Assembly (NCBI RefSeq): GCF_004010195.1 | Contig: NC_057718.1 | Location: 65,484,287 to 65,548,286 of the forward strand | DNA from: Chiloscyllium plagiosum | Taxonomy: Eukaryota | Direction of reading: 5' to 3' | DNA length: 64,000 nt | Part shown: positions 38,822-51,300 of the stretch, one piece after another | Numbering within the stretch: the first letter of the stretch is position 1 | Layout: each line of letters starts with the position of its first letter | Translations under genes and position numbers: made by a program | Notes under the pieces: generated by a model | What the model was told of the DNA's origin: nothing | The model's input: the letters and a program-made list of their open reading frames with translations, nothing else | Database searches by the model: none

Positions 38822-39422
38822 CATCTGGCAGCTTATTCCACACATGCACCAACCTTTGCTTGAAAAAGTTGTCCTTTGGATCCCTTTTTAAATCTTTCCC
38901 CTCTTAAACCTATGTCCTCTAGTTTTGGACCACCCACACCCTGGGGAATAAACCTTGTCTATTTAGCCTATCCATGCTCCTCATAATTTTATAAACTTCT
39001 ATAAGGTCACTCCTCAGCCTTCGACACTCCAGGGAAAATAGCTCTGGCCTATTCAGCCTCGCCCTATAGCTCAAATCCGCCAACTCTGGCAACAAACTTT
39101 TATCTTTTCCTGAACCCTTTCAAGTTTCACAACATCCTTCCTGTAGCAGGGAGTCCAGAATTGAACACAGTATTCTGAAAGTGGCCTAACCAATGTCTTG
39201 TACAGCTGCAACATTACCTCCCAACTCCTGTACTCAATGCACTGCCCAATAAAGGCAAGCAAACCAAATGTCCTCTTCACTACCTCGTCTACTTGCAACT
39301 CCACTTTCAAGAAACTATGAAACTGCACTCCAAGATCACATTGTTTAGCAGCACTCCCCAGGATCATTAAAGTGTATAAGTCCTGTCCTGATTTGCCTTT
39401 CCAAAATGCAGCACCTCACATT
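38822..39422 (-). mobile_element. HER1/CR1 LINE fragment
   Basis: ORF 39071-39367 (DLGVQFH..EYCVQFW). Confidence 0.92.
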
Positions 39423-42400
39423 TTAACCCAAATCATGATGGAAGCTAATTTAGATATGAGATTAACCCTGTTGGTTGTTTGGATCCATAATGCAGATGAT
39501 TTGGAGGAAGTAATTATATTGTTTATATATTGAGTGTACTTTGGTGTATTTTCAACAGATTTGTGCAGCAGCTGTAATAGACATTCCTTATTAAAGCAAC
39601 AGGTTGGACCAGTTTTGTACTTTAATTGTGTGCTCAGTATCAATTGCAAAGGCACAGACAAGAAACTCGGGTTGAATTTATGTGTGGGGGCACTTGTCAA
39701 ACATGAAACTCGTCTCAACTTGAAAACTATGAAATGTCAGCTATTTTTCTAAAGAAAAATATGCTTCTAATGTTTACCCCACCTCAAGTGCAAGGAATAA
39801 ATCTTCAAGATCATGCAATGTTTGGATATTTGCTTGTAGAAAAAAAATCCTTCTGCCAACACTAAATGGCCTGATTGAGGAACCTTACTTTTGGTGATAG
39901 TACTGTAAACTGTACTGAGAAATGTTTGAAAAAGCTTGGCATTTATATAACGCCACCTTTTTAACTACCTCTGAATATTGCAAAGCCCTTTTTGCAGCCA
40001 CTATTGTGGTGTTGGGGATGCAACAGGTGAGTTACACACCAGAAGATGCTGGAAGTCAAAGTTGAGGGAGAAATATTTGTTGAAACCTGCTGCTCCATAA
40101 TGTAATGTAGAGTCTACTTGAGTGTGCAAACAAAGCATCAGTTTTTAATGCCTTATTCAGCAAAAAGAAATGTGCCTCCACCCTGCGCTGGAGTTATTTA
40201 GCTCTGGTTTGTTGTTCATGTCTCTGTCAGGGGACTTCCCTCTAAGTTAGGCAATGGTTAGCACTTTGGGTTTATGTTTCTTCTTTACTGTGCATTTTTT
40301 TTTAAATCTATGAATTATTATTTTACAGCACAGTCATTTTGGTGCTTCACTGAATTTTATTTGCAGTTTTAGTTGGTAAAGATTTTTCAGAAAAACGTAG
40401 ACACTTGCAACCTGTGAACTAACGTGTCAAAGTTCTTCCATTTTAGATGTAAATGTATTAATTTTTAAATGGTCTAAACTTTAAAAATGTAGTCTTGAAA
40501 TGATTTGTTGGAGAAGAGTTTCCAAAGAATGTATGGTTTTGCATTTGGCTATTTCTTATTCATTAAATTTAATTGTGTAGGATATGCAGAGCTGATTTTA
40601 AAAAGTGCTAAGCCAGCACTTATTGCCCATTCCCAAATTGCCCAGAACGCAGTTAACCACACTGCTGAGAAGCTGGAATCATATGTAGGCCAGACCAGTT
40701 AAGGATGGCAGTTTCTTGATAGGTTTTTCCAACATCGCCATTAGACTCTTAATCCCTGATTTTTTTTTTTTAAATCTGCCATCTGCCATGGCAGAATTTG
40801 ATCCCAGATTCACAGAATGCAACCTGGGTCTCTGGATTAACAAGGCCAGCGATTTAATACCACTAGGCCATCACCTCCCAGCAGTGGGATATCCCTTTTT
40901 TATATTAAGCTGACGTGAGTCTATGAAAGTGATACATGTCTAAATTCCCCAACCGGAGCTCCATCACCTGGAGACACTCCTAATCAGAATTCAAAACAAT
41001 TGTCTGTGCAACATATTCCAGGCTTTGACCTTTTTTATTCATGGACTCTGGACTCAGGTAGCAAGAGATTGGACAGCGATTTGAATTATTCAGACGTTCA
41101 GCAATTGAACATGTAAATGTTAGGCTAGGATCAGATTTGACAAAGATGCAAGAACGCCACTGAAATAATTTGTCACATGAAGATCAGGCTGTAAATAATT
41201 CAAAAGAATCAAATGTCTCCATGGTGGTAGTAGCATTGCAAGAGATTTGTGGTTTTTGGAGCCATCAATTTGCTCCAGTTCTTTGCTGTATTAGTCACTC
41301 AGGGAAGAAACGTGGAATCAATTGTCTTGAGCTGCCTCAACACTAACCAGTGCTGAATACCCCAGCCCCTCTTTAGTTCGCAACATTAGCTGAGAACCTT
41401 CATGTGACCTACAGCATTCCTGATAAGAGGCACATCACTTTTTATTTTCCCTAGGAGAACTCAACAATAAATGTTGACCCTACCACAGATTCTCTCATCT
41501 GTAGAATACATACCCTTAGAAACAAACATTAGTTTTTTTTTATATTGACCTTTAGAACTGCAATTTTATATCATTTGTGTCTGGAAATAGTGCAGAGTTG
41601 GTTAACATTTGCTGTGGTGATTAAAGTCAATTGAATAATATTTGAGATATGTATATTTTAGTGTGTACTGCACAAATTGGTTACATTATCACAATTGAGG
41701 ATTTTATAGTTGATTCCAAGAAAGACTCAAAAGATGATCCAAAGTGGATTGAGCCTTAACATTCATTTCACAGGTTTAGCTTTTTCTTAAATACAAGTAC
41801 CAAATGTCAACATGCTGAAGGGAATGAAGGTTTTGTGTTCCACTCCAGAATTCAAGCCTAAAAGTCAGGATTAATACCTCACAGTACAACACTGGGCGTA
41901 TTTCAGAGAAAATCAGTGGAGTAACCCTTGCCATGTTGGCTTTTTTTTTTTGTCCCTCGATCAGCACTATAAATTTAAGATTATCTTTATCTGATTGTCG
42001 TACTATACTTTGTGGGAGTTTGCAGACAAATTGGCTACTTCATTTTGTGCATTATAACAGTGACTGTACTTCAAAATTGTTTACTGTTCAGAAAACAGTT
42101 TGTTCTGTGTTTAAGATATTATATTAATGCTCCTCCACCTCTCCAATACTCCCTGTCAGTTAGAATGCATTGTTCATTTCTAGTAGCAAAATATTTCTGT
42201 AGGTTTTTAACGTTATATTCTTGGCTTTTATACATTAAAATTCCTTGATATAGACTTCTTGTAGCAAATAAGGAAGACTACAAATAGCAGGTTGCAGATT
42301 GTTGTTGCAAGATAGTATTTTTGTACTATTATGTGAGGCTGTCTTTCCTGATTAGAATTTGAAATTAGTATCTAGTATGCACTTATGTAGCAACTAAACT

Positions 42401-42854
42401 CACACTAATGTGAAAGCCTATAAGAGTACCTATCTAATAATCTATTTTAACATGTATTTTGTGGTTTTAAGGGCTGACGAGGCATTAATCCGATGAAAGA
42501 ACTATGCATACTAGGCTCCAAAGTTAAAAATAATTTTTCAGTTTACAGTGCATGAAGTTTATTTTCAGCATGTCTGGATTTCCTATGGAGCTAAAACTGT
42601 CTTTATGTGCCTTTTTGGTTTGTGTTTTTGAATGTGGATTGAAATGGGGAAAGAAGGATTTTAAAACCAAGGATTCCTGAAGGAGAACTCCATGTTTTGA
42701 AAGCAAGTAACCTGATCTCTATTGTAAGTACCGTTTACCCAGCTTCTGGTTCAAGCAATCGTAGGAAAACGTATAGATGAGCTGGATGCATACAAATGGA
42801 GAGTCAGTTGGCAACAGGTAATTGATTGGTCGGTGAACTAGTGACCAGTTTTCG

Positions 42855-43930
42855 ATGACAAACTTTGACAAGACAGCCTCTGAAATGTCCACCTTCTTCC
42901 ACAACAAAGGATTCCCCAACACCGTTGTCAACAAGGCCCTCAACTGGATCGAGCCATGACGTGCATTTCTGCCCTCGCACCCTCTCCTCTCTCCCACAAC
43001 AGCAATAGAGTTCCCCATGTCCTTACCTACCATCCCAGCAGCATCCACATCCAGAGGATCATCAGCCACCATTTCTGCCATCTCCAGTGACATGCCTCCA
43101 CCGGACACACATTCCCCTCCCCGTATTTGTCAGCAGGGACCCTCTGGAACACCCTGGTCCACTCTTGCTTCACTCTGAACCCTCCCCAACCCCCCACCCC
43201 CCATTTACCACCTCCTCCTTCAATATCCAAGGCCCCAAACATACCTTCCAGCTGAAGCAGCATTTTACCTACACCTTTCACAATCTAGTTTACTGCATTT
43301 GCTGCTCAGTGTGATCTCCTCTAGGTTGGGGAAATGAAGCTTAGACTGGGTGACTGCTTCACAGAAGTTTACATTCTGTCTGCAAAAAAGACCTTGAGCT
43401 TCCAGTTCCCTGCTACTTCAATGGACCATCCTGTTCCCTGGCCAACATCTGTGTCTCTGGTTTGCTGCAGTGCTTCAGCGAAGCTCAGTGCAAGTTGGAA
43501 GCACAACACCTCATTTTCCGCTTGGGGACCCTGCAGCCCTCTGGATTCTATCGAGTTCAATAATTTTAGAACATGGAAATGTCCCATGTCCTCGCCACCT
43601 ACCCCACACACACTGCCTTGTTATCACAGTCTGCGATTAAACATTATCTTTTGTTAACTAGTAATAGTCTCCATTAACAGCTATCCGAAGCAATCCTAGC
43701 CAAAGCGTTATTAACTCCTTTATCGGTCCAACTGCTTTTCTCTCTCTTTGGGTTCTATTCCCACCTATTGTTTACTCCTTATCACCTCTCCCCACCTCTC
43801 CTCTGCATATAAACCAACATTTTCCATCATTTCTGAAGAAGGATCACTGGACCCAAAACATTAACTCTAATTTCTCTTCAGATGCTGCCAGACCTTCTGA
43901 GCTTTTCCAGCAACTTCTGTTTTTTGTTTC
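42855..43930 (+). mobile_element. Penelope-like element (family D), decayed ORF with GIY-YIG and pLTR
   Basis: FFHNKGFP..LTYHP..HFTYTFHNLVYCICC motifs; decayed HHR CTGAAGAAGGATCACTGGACCCAAAACATT at ~43833-43862. Confidence 0.85.
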
Positions 43931-44597
43931 TATGACGACAAAGGTTTTCTACCAGCCAACAACAATGATTGGTGTTCTTGTAGCTGAACAGTTTTGGGGC
44001 TGTGAGCAAGATGGGGAGAAGTCAGCTCCTGGGCTGGTGGAGACAAGATGTCTGTGGTCTCTTCAGTAAAAGCGGCTTTAATTCTGAAGAAGAACAATTT
44101 ATTTTCTAGTTACTGTCAACTGTGACTTTTAATACACCAGAGATTTATTTTACATATAACTGAACATGCCGCCCTGTACTTCCTGCAAACCAGTCATAGC
44201 ATCTGGAGAAGAAAGACATGAGAAGTAGCATTCTGACCAACAGAAGAACCATCTCCAGCAGATCCTGCAACATTCGACTGCTTTCCCAGTATTTCCCTTC
44301 ATCCACACAATCTATTTTTCCCCTTTCTTTCTTTCTGTTTGTTTGTATGTATTATATATTGACAGTTCAAAATTATTGTAGCTAGCAACTAGTTATTTGT
44401 AATAAATATTAATTATGATGTACAGCAACCTTTCCATGCTTTCTGTCAAACTGGGCCTGAAAGACAGTTAAAGTGAGGAATTTCACATACTTTAAAAAAT
44501 CATTAATTTTTGTGATGGCTCCTGGAATAGCAGGACTAGATTTTCAGTGGGCTATCCCCAGTGAGGTATGGTGGTGATTCGTGAGGCTTTAACAACT

Positions 44598-45470
44598 TCA
44601 GAGTTGAAAAGGGAAGCAGGTCAGGCAGCATCCAAGGAGGAGGAGAGTCGATGTTTTGGACATAATCCCTTCATCAGGAATGTTGGGGAGGGGGGAAAAG
44701 GGGCTGAAAGATAAATGGGAGGGTGGGAGTAGGGTAGCTGCAAAGGCAATAGGTAGATGCAGATGGGGGGTGATTTGTGATAGGTTGGTGGGCAAGGTAG
44801 AATGGACAGGTGGGAAGGAAAGTGAACAAGTTGGGTGGATGGGTTGGAGGGTTGGATCTGGAATGAGGTGGTTGGAGGGGAGATTTGGAAATGGATGAAG
44901 TCGATTATTGATGCAGTGTGATTGAGCACTAAGCAACCCCACCATTCTGTGGCCGACGACTTCAACTCCCCCTTCCACTCCGCCAAGGACATGTAAGTCC
45001 TGTGCCGCCTCCAACACCAAATCCAAGTCACCCAACGAGTGGTGGAAGAACGCCTCATCTTCAGCCTTGAGGCTCTTCAGTCACATGGCATCAACATCGA
45101 TTTCACCAGTTTCCAAATCTCCCCTCCATCACCTCATCCCAGATCCAATCCTCCAACTCGGCACCACCCTCTTCAACTGTCCTACCTGTCTATCTTCCTT
45201 CCCACATATCTGCTCCACCCTTCCCTCCAAACTATTATCATCATCCCCCACCTGCATCTACCTGTCACCTTCCAACCTATCTCCCCAGCTCCCCACTCCT
45301 ATTAATCTCTCAGCCCCCTTTTCCAACCCACCTCCTACTTTCCTGGTGAAGGACGTACGCCCAAAACGTCAACTGTCCTGCTCCTCGAATGCTGCCTGAC
45401 CTGCTGTGAGTTTTCCAGCACCACCCTTTTCGATTCTGATCTCCAGCATCAGCGGTCCCCACTTTCTCCT
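44598..45470. mobile_element. Fold-back PLE family B element
   Basis: 44598-44915 (-) is inverted against ~45090-45440 (+); middle encodes EERLIFSLEALQSHGINIDF (PLE C-terminus); decayed HHR in each arm. Confidence 0.85.
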
Positions 45471-45519
45471 TTCAACAAATGTGATGCCCTTTATTGTTTG
45501 GCTATTCAGTCCATTGTTT

Positions 45520-46250
45520 CCAATTTATAATAATATGCAAGGCCAAACAAAGCAAGGGAATGCACAATGAACAGGAGTTAGTGAGAAGGATGGAGGAAAT
45601 GAGGGACCTAGGAATGCATGCCTGTGAGTCCCTGAAGAAGGCAGGACAGGTAGGTAAGGTAGCAAAGGAGAAAGCGTATGGAATATGCTTCCCTTTTGTT
45701 GGTTAAAATATTGGATGCAAAAGGGGTCTTTATGGTGAAGATGTAGACGACCTTTGGTGAGGCCACAGCTGGAGCTGCAGTTCTGGTCACGTCATTAGAG
45801 GAAGGACATAATTGCTCAAGAGAAAATAGAGGAGTTTTAGAAGAAATTTACCATGGCTTAAAAATTGCAGGCCTGAAGAAAGATTGCATAAGCTGACATT
45901 TGTTTTCTTTAGGACTGAAGAGACTAAGGGTACTTAGCTGAAGTGTAGAATATAATGGTGGGACTTGGAGAAAGGTTATAGTAAAGACCTGCTGTCCCCT
46001 AGCAGGAGTGTATATTTAATGTGATTGATGATTAAAGGGTTAGAAGTGGCATGAGGAAAAATGTGTTCACTCAGGATGGTGGGGCTGGAACTCAGTGTCC
46101 AGTTTCATGTTTGAGGCAGAAATTCTCTAAAAGAAATATAGACCTGTACCTGAATTGCTGTGGACCAAGTTGAAAATTAGGATTACTATGGATGGCGAGG
46201 TTGTTTCTGCATCCACTCAATGGGCTGAATGGCCTCTTTTCTGTGCCATA
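45520..46250 (+). mobile_element. Old CR1 LINE 3' fragment
   Basis: RDLGMH, LVRPQLE and QFWS-like motifs; tail ATGGGCTGAATGGCCTCTTTTCTGTG. Confidence 0.7.
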
Positions 46251-46904
46251 ACTTGCTTTTTACTGATCCTGTAAGTGGTCAGAGCTATTTCCTGGATTAT
46301 TCACTTAGAAAATTTGAAACACAGCCTGCAAATCAATCTATTTTTAGACTTAGTAACATTCTTAAATATCGTGAACAAACACATTGCAGGATCTGCACAG
46401 TAAATTCTTAGACATAGGTTTATATCATCTAAATCCCATTAGTTTTCCAAACGTTGTACAATTACTCCTTTGACTCATCTGAATGAAGGGAAACCCCAGT
46501 TGAAAGCTTGTTATTGAACACAGGCTAGAATGTCTATCGCTTGTAAATACCCAGATTTAATTGTGGCAAGTTTTTATAATACAAGATGAAAAAGTATTTT
46601 GTTGTTGTTTCTTATCATCTATATGTTCAGTACTTTATATATGTTCAAAGTTAATTGTAGAAACCTAAGAGTGCAGCTATTTCAGTCTTTGGCTCAGTTT
46701 TATTGTTATATTGTTCGTTGGGGATCATCACCTGATTTTCCTTTGTCACACAAATTGTTTGGTAATGGTACCCTGTTAGGTTCTTGTGAACTCCAGATTG
46801 GGGCTTAAAAATAATTTCAAGATTAACAGATCTCCCAAATGCAGGGATGGACTTTGCTGGTTCCAGTTGAGCACAAGTAGAATTGTTTATTGTGGACTTT
46901 TTTA

Positions 46905-46996
46905 CTCCGACAGTGCGGCGCTCCCTCAGCACTGAACCTCCGACAGTGCCCAATCCCTCAGCACTGACGCTCCGACAGTGCGGCACTCCCTCAGTA
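46905..46996 (+). repeat. Minisatellite, ~33-bp unit x2.8 (CTCCGACAGTGCGGCRCTCCCTCAGCACTGA..)
   Basis: Units start at 46905, 46938 and 46970. Confidence 0.9.
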
Positions 46997-48054
46997 TCAC
47001 CGTTTTTATTCGCTGCCCCACAATTCAGAACTAAAAGATAGTTTTGCTGATATGAATGTGCTTTGACCTTCACAGAATCATCATGGTGATAGCATCCACC
47101 ATTCAGCTTGACAAGCATACAGTGGCTCTCCAATGGAACACTTTATCTAATGCCACTCGCTGTAGCTCTGCACATGCAATGTTTCAGATGGTAATCTAAT
47201 TCCTCCTTTAAATAATCAATTGAATCTATTTACTTCTACCACACTCTGGCACTCCATCCTAAATCCCAAATGCTCCTTGCATGAAACATTTTTTCTTTGT
47301 CTCCATTGTTTTTGCCATTTTGGTTAAAACTGTGCCCTGACTGATTCTGCAAACCATGCTGTTGATGCTCCTGTAGCTAACTATCATGTCTGTATGAATC
47401 TTATGTAAAAATTGTTGAATAGATGAACAGGTTTCTTGCTCTCTATACAGCGGATGTGGAGGGCGAGAATGTAGACTAGGAGAGGGAGCACTGCTTTAAA
47501 AGTAAAGGATCATCTATTTCGGACAAATGAATTCCTTTTTCCAATGAGAAGCATCGGAAGCAGAAGCTCTGCATGTTTTTAAAGAGGTGATTGCTGTAAG
47601 TAAGGGCATGGAAAGGTAATCAGGTGTAGACAAATTTTGGGCTACAAACAGATCAGCCATGATGTTCTTAAATGGCAGAGCAGGCACAAGGGGCCAAACT
47701 GCCAATTCCTGCTCCTGTCAACATAGGGGTCAACTCCTGCTCCTATCAACATCGGGTCAAGTGCAATTTGCCTTTCGTGGGTGAAGTATGCCTGAAAGAG
47801 TAGTGTAAGATGAGGGATTCCCTTTAACAAGGTGGCTGTACTGGGATGGGAACCTTGTCCTATCGGGGATAAATAGGGTAGTCAGAAAGACTGAACTTAC
47901 AAATTGTTAGAATTGTTGGGTTGATGGCAGAAATGAAGAACTTGGACAAAAAGGTAATATAGATAATAGTTCAAACAATTCAAAGTTTGGGTGAAGATTT
48001 GTAGCTCAGGTGCTCGTTATTGTGGTTCTGTTCGCCGAGCTGGAAATGTTTGTT

Positions 48055-48094
48055 GCAAACGTTTCGTCCCCTGTCTAGGTGACATCCTCAGTGC
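48055..48094 (-). ncRNA. Minimal type I hammerhead ribozyme motif (intact)
   Basis: GCA-CUGAGGA-U-GUC(ACCUAGACAGGG)GAC-GAA-AC/GU-U^-UGC; palindromic ACGU stem III. Confidence 0.82.
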
Positions 48095-49346
48095 TTGGGA
48101 GCCTCCTGTGAAGCGCTTCTGTGGTGTTTCCTCCGGCATTTATAGTGGCCTGTCCCTGCCGCTTCCGGTTGTCAGTTTCAGCTGTCCGCTGTAGTGGCCG
48201 GTATATTGGGTCCAGGTCGATGTGTTTGTTGATGGAGTTTGTGGATGAGTGCCATGCTTCTAGGAATTCCCTGGCTGTTCTCTGTTTGGCTTGTCCTATA
48301 ATGGTAGTGTTGTCCCAGTCGAATTCATGTTGCTTGTCGTTTGCGTGTGTGGCTACGATCAGCTATCCTTAGTAAACGCCACGACCAGCTATCCTTAGCC
48401 ACTCACGCAGACGACGAGCAACATGAATTCGACTGAGACAACACTACCATTATAGGGCAAGCCAAACAAAGAACAGCCAGGGAATTCCTAGAAGCATGGC
48501 ACTCATCCACAAACTCCATCAACAAACACATCGACCTGGACCCAATATACCGGCCACTACAGCGGACAGCTGAAATATACAGGAAAGCCACACACACACA
48601 CCAAGTCCAGAATTATGAAAGCAACCACCCCAACACACACAAACGAAGTTGCATCAAGACACTATTCAAAAGGGCCACAACACACTGCAGTACACCAGAA
48701 CTGCAAAAAGAGGAAGAGGAACACCTGTACAAGGTATTCGCCAAAAACGGATACCCGCGCAATTTCATCAACAGATGCCTAAGAGAAAGACAACGGAACG
48801 AGGACATGCCACAACCCAAAGGACTAGCCACACTACCATACATCAGGAGCATTTCAGAACTGACAGCCAGATTACTGCGATCACTAGGACTTATAACAGC
48901 ACACAAACCAACAGCTACTCTCAGACAACAACTCACCAGAACGAAGGACCCGATACCCAGCATGAGCAAAACTAATGTAGTGTACAAAGTCCCATGCAAG
49001 GACTGCACAAAACACTATAGGTCAAACAGGAAGACAGCTAATGATCCGCATCCATGAACATCAACTAGCCACGAAACGCCACGACCAGCCACACACGCAG
49101 ACGACAAGCAACATGAATTCGACTGGGACAACACTACCATTATAGGGCAAGCCAAACAAAGAACAGCCAGGGAATTCCTAGAAGCATAGCACTCATCCAC
49201 AAACTCCATCAACAAACACATCGACCTGGACCCAATATACCGGCCACTACAGCGGACAGCTGAAACTGACAACCGGAAGCGGCAGGGACAGGCCACTATA
49301 AATGCCGGAGGAAACACCACAGAAGCGCTTCACAGGAGGCTCCCAA

Positions 49347-49386
49347 GCACTGAGGATGTCACCTAGACAGGGGACAAAACGTTTGC
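49347..49386 (+). ncRNA. Hammerhead motif with G12>A substitution (predicted inactive)
   Basis: Identical to the reverse complement of 48055-48094 except GACAAAAC instead of GACGAAAC at 49376. Confidence 0.75.
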
Positions 49387-49566
49387 AACAAAACTTTCCA
49401 GCTCGGCGAACACAACCACAACAGTTCAAACAATAAAGGTATTTGAGCATTTTAAAATTGTGCTTTATGTGCAACAGATGGAGGCAACTAACAGTAGTTT
49501 AATGTAATTAAACTAGGAGAGAAAAATAAGATGAACAGAGTAAAATTTAGAGCAAAAGTACATGTT

Positions 49567-49865
49567 TAGATTAAATTCCTTTATAGTGTGGAAACCGGCC
49601 ATTTGGCCCAACCAGTCCACACCGACCCTCCAAAGAGTAACTCGTCCAGGCCCATTCCCCTACATTTACCCCTGACTAATGCTCCCAACAATATGGACAA
49701 TTTAGTATGGTCAAAGTCACCTGACCTGCACATTTTTGGATTGTGGGAGGAAACCAGAACACTCAAACTGGGAGAATGTGCAAACTCCACACATACAGCC
49801 ATCTGAGGTGGGAATTGAACCCAGGTCCCTGGCAGCAGTGCTAACCACTAAGCCACAAGTGCCGC
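49567..49865 (-). mobile_element. HE1-type V-SINE
   Basis: Reverse complement of the 829-1139 family including A and B boxes. Confidence 0.9.
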
Positions 49866-49965
49866 AGTTGTGGAGATGTGCCCTAAATAAACTTGCTGTA
49901 TCAGGAACAAGGTAAATGAACTGTGCGCTCAAATGCAACATGTGGGGAATAAGATGGTAGACATT

Positions 49966-50540
49966 AATGGTCATGTTGCAGCTATACATGTTAGGCCACT
50001 TTTGGAATACTGCATGCAGTTCTGGCTTCTCTGCTTTGGGAAAGATGTTGTGAAAGTTGTAAGGGTTCAATAAAGATCTACAAGGATGTTGCCAGGGTTG
50101 GAGGATTTGAGCTATAGGGCGAGGCTGAATAGGCTAGGAGTATTTTTACCTGGAGCGTCGGAGGCTGAGGGTGACCTTTTATCGAGGTTTTAAAAATCAT
50201 GAGGGGCATGGATAGGGTAAACAGACAAGGTCTTTACCTCTGGGGGAATCCAGAGCTCGAGGGCATAGATTTAAGGTGAAAGGGGAAAGATAGAAAAAGG
50301 ACCTAAGGGGTAACGTTTTCACGCAGAGAGTGGTACTTGTATGGAATGAGCTGCAAGAGGAAGTAGTGGAGGCTGGTACAATTACAATGTTTGTAAAAGG
50401 CATATGAATAGGAAAGGCTTAAAAGGATATAGGCCCAATGCTGGCAAATAGGAGTAAAGTAATTTAGCACGTTTGTTTGGCATGGATGAGTTGGACTAGA
50501 GGGTCTGTTTCCATGCTGTACAGCTGACTCAATGACTCAG
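49966..50540 (+). mobile_element. HER1/CR1 LINE 3' fragment
   Basis: Matches 55830-56420; ends CTGTTTCCATGCTGTACAGCTGACTC. Confidence 0.9.
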
Positions 50541-50590
50541 CTCTGTGACACACGTTAGCAAAGTGAATTAAACTAGGAGCTTAACACACT

Positions 50591-51300
50591 AGTCATAGAT
50601 ATGTACAGCACGGAAACAGAATGCACAGTCCAATTCATCCAGATATCCTAATCTAGTCCCATTTACCAGCATTTGGCCCATATCCCTCCTAAACCCTGTT
50701 CACATACCCATGCAAACACCTTTTTAAATGCTGTAATTGTACCAGCCTCCATCATTTTCTCTGACAGCCTATTCCATACACTGAACACCCTCTGTCTGAA
50801 AAAGTTGCCCCTTGGGTACCTTTTTATATCTTTTCCCTCTCGCCCTAAACCTTTGCCGCCTTGTTCTGGACTCCCCCACCCCCAGGGAGAAGACTTTACC
50901 TATTTATCCTACCCATGCCCCACATGATTTCATAAACTTCTATCGGGTCACCCCTCAGCCTCTGACACTCCAGGGAAAACAGCCCCAACCTATTCAACCT
51001 GTCCCTTTTTAGCTCTAATCCTCTAACCCTAGCAACAGCCTTTACTCAGCCCTTTCAAGTTTCACAAAATCCTTCTGATAGGAGGGAGACCAGAATTGCA
51101 TGCATTATGCCAAAAGTGGCCTAACCAATGCCCTGTACAGCTGCAACATGACCTCCCAACTCCTGTACTCTTTACTCTGACCAATAAAGGAAAGCATACT
51201 GCCTTCGCTATCCTATTTTCCTGCAACTCTATTTTCAAGGATCTATGAACCTGCACTCCAATGTCTTTTTGTTTGGCAGCATTCCCCAGGACTTTATCAA
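50591..51300 (-). mobile_element. HER1/CR1 LINE 3' fragment, tail-to-tail with the preceding copy
   Basis: Starts AGTCATAGATATGTACAGCACGGAAAC; same region as 34241-34980. Confidence 0.9.

Larger units (their letters stand above)
47980..49422 (+). mobile_element. Young Penelope-like element (family C) with inverted 3' copy and internal duplication
   Basis: YRKATHT..YESNHPNTHK..NGYP..LPYI..NVVYKVPCKDCTKHY (RT C-terminus and GIY-YIG); 47980-48357 is an inverted 3' end; perfect TSD AGTTCAAACAAT at 47968-47979 and 49423-49434. Confidence 0.95.

Noticed and set aside
46905..46996. CRISPR-like repeat
   Set aside because: Units are contiguous without unique spacers, there are no cas genes, and the context is eukaryotic.
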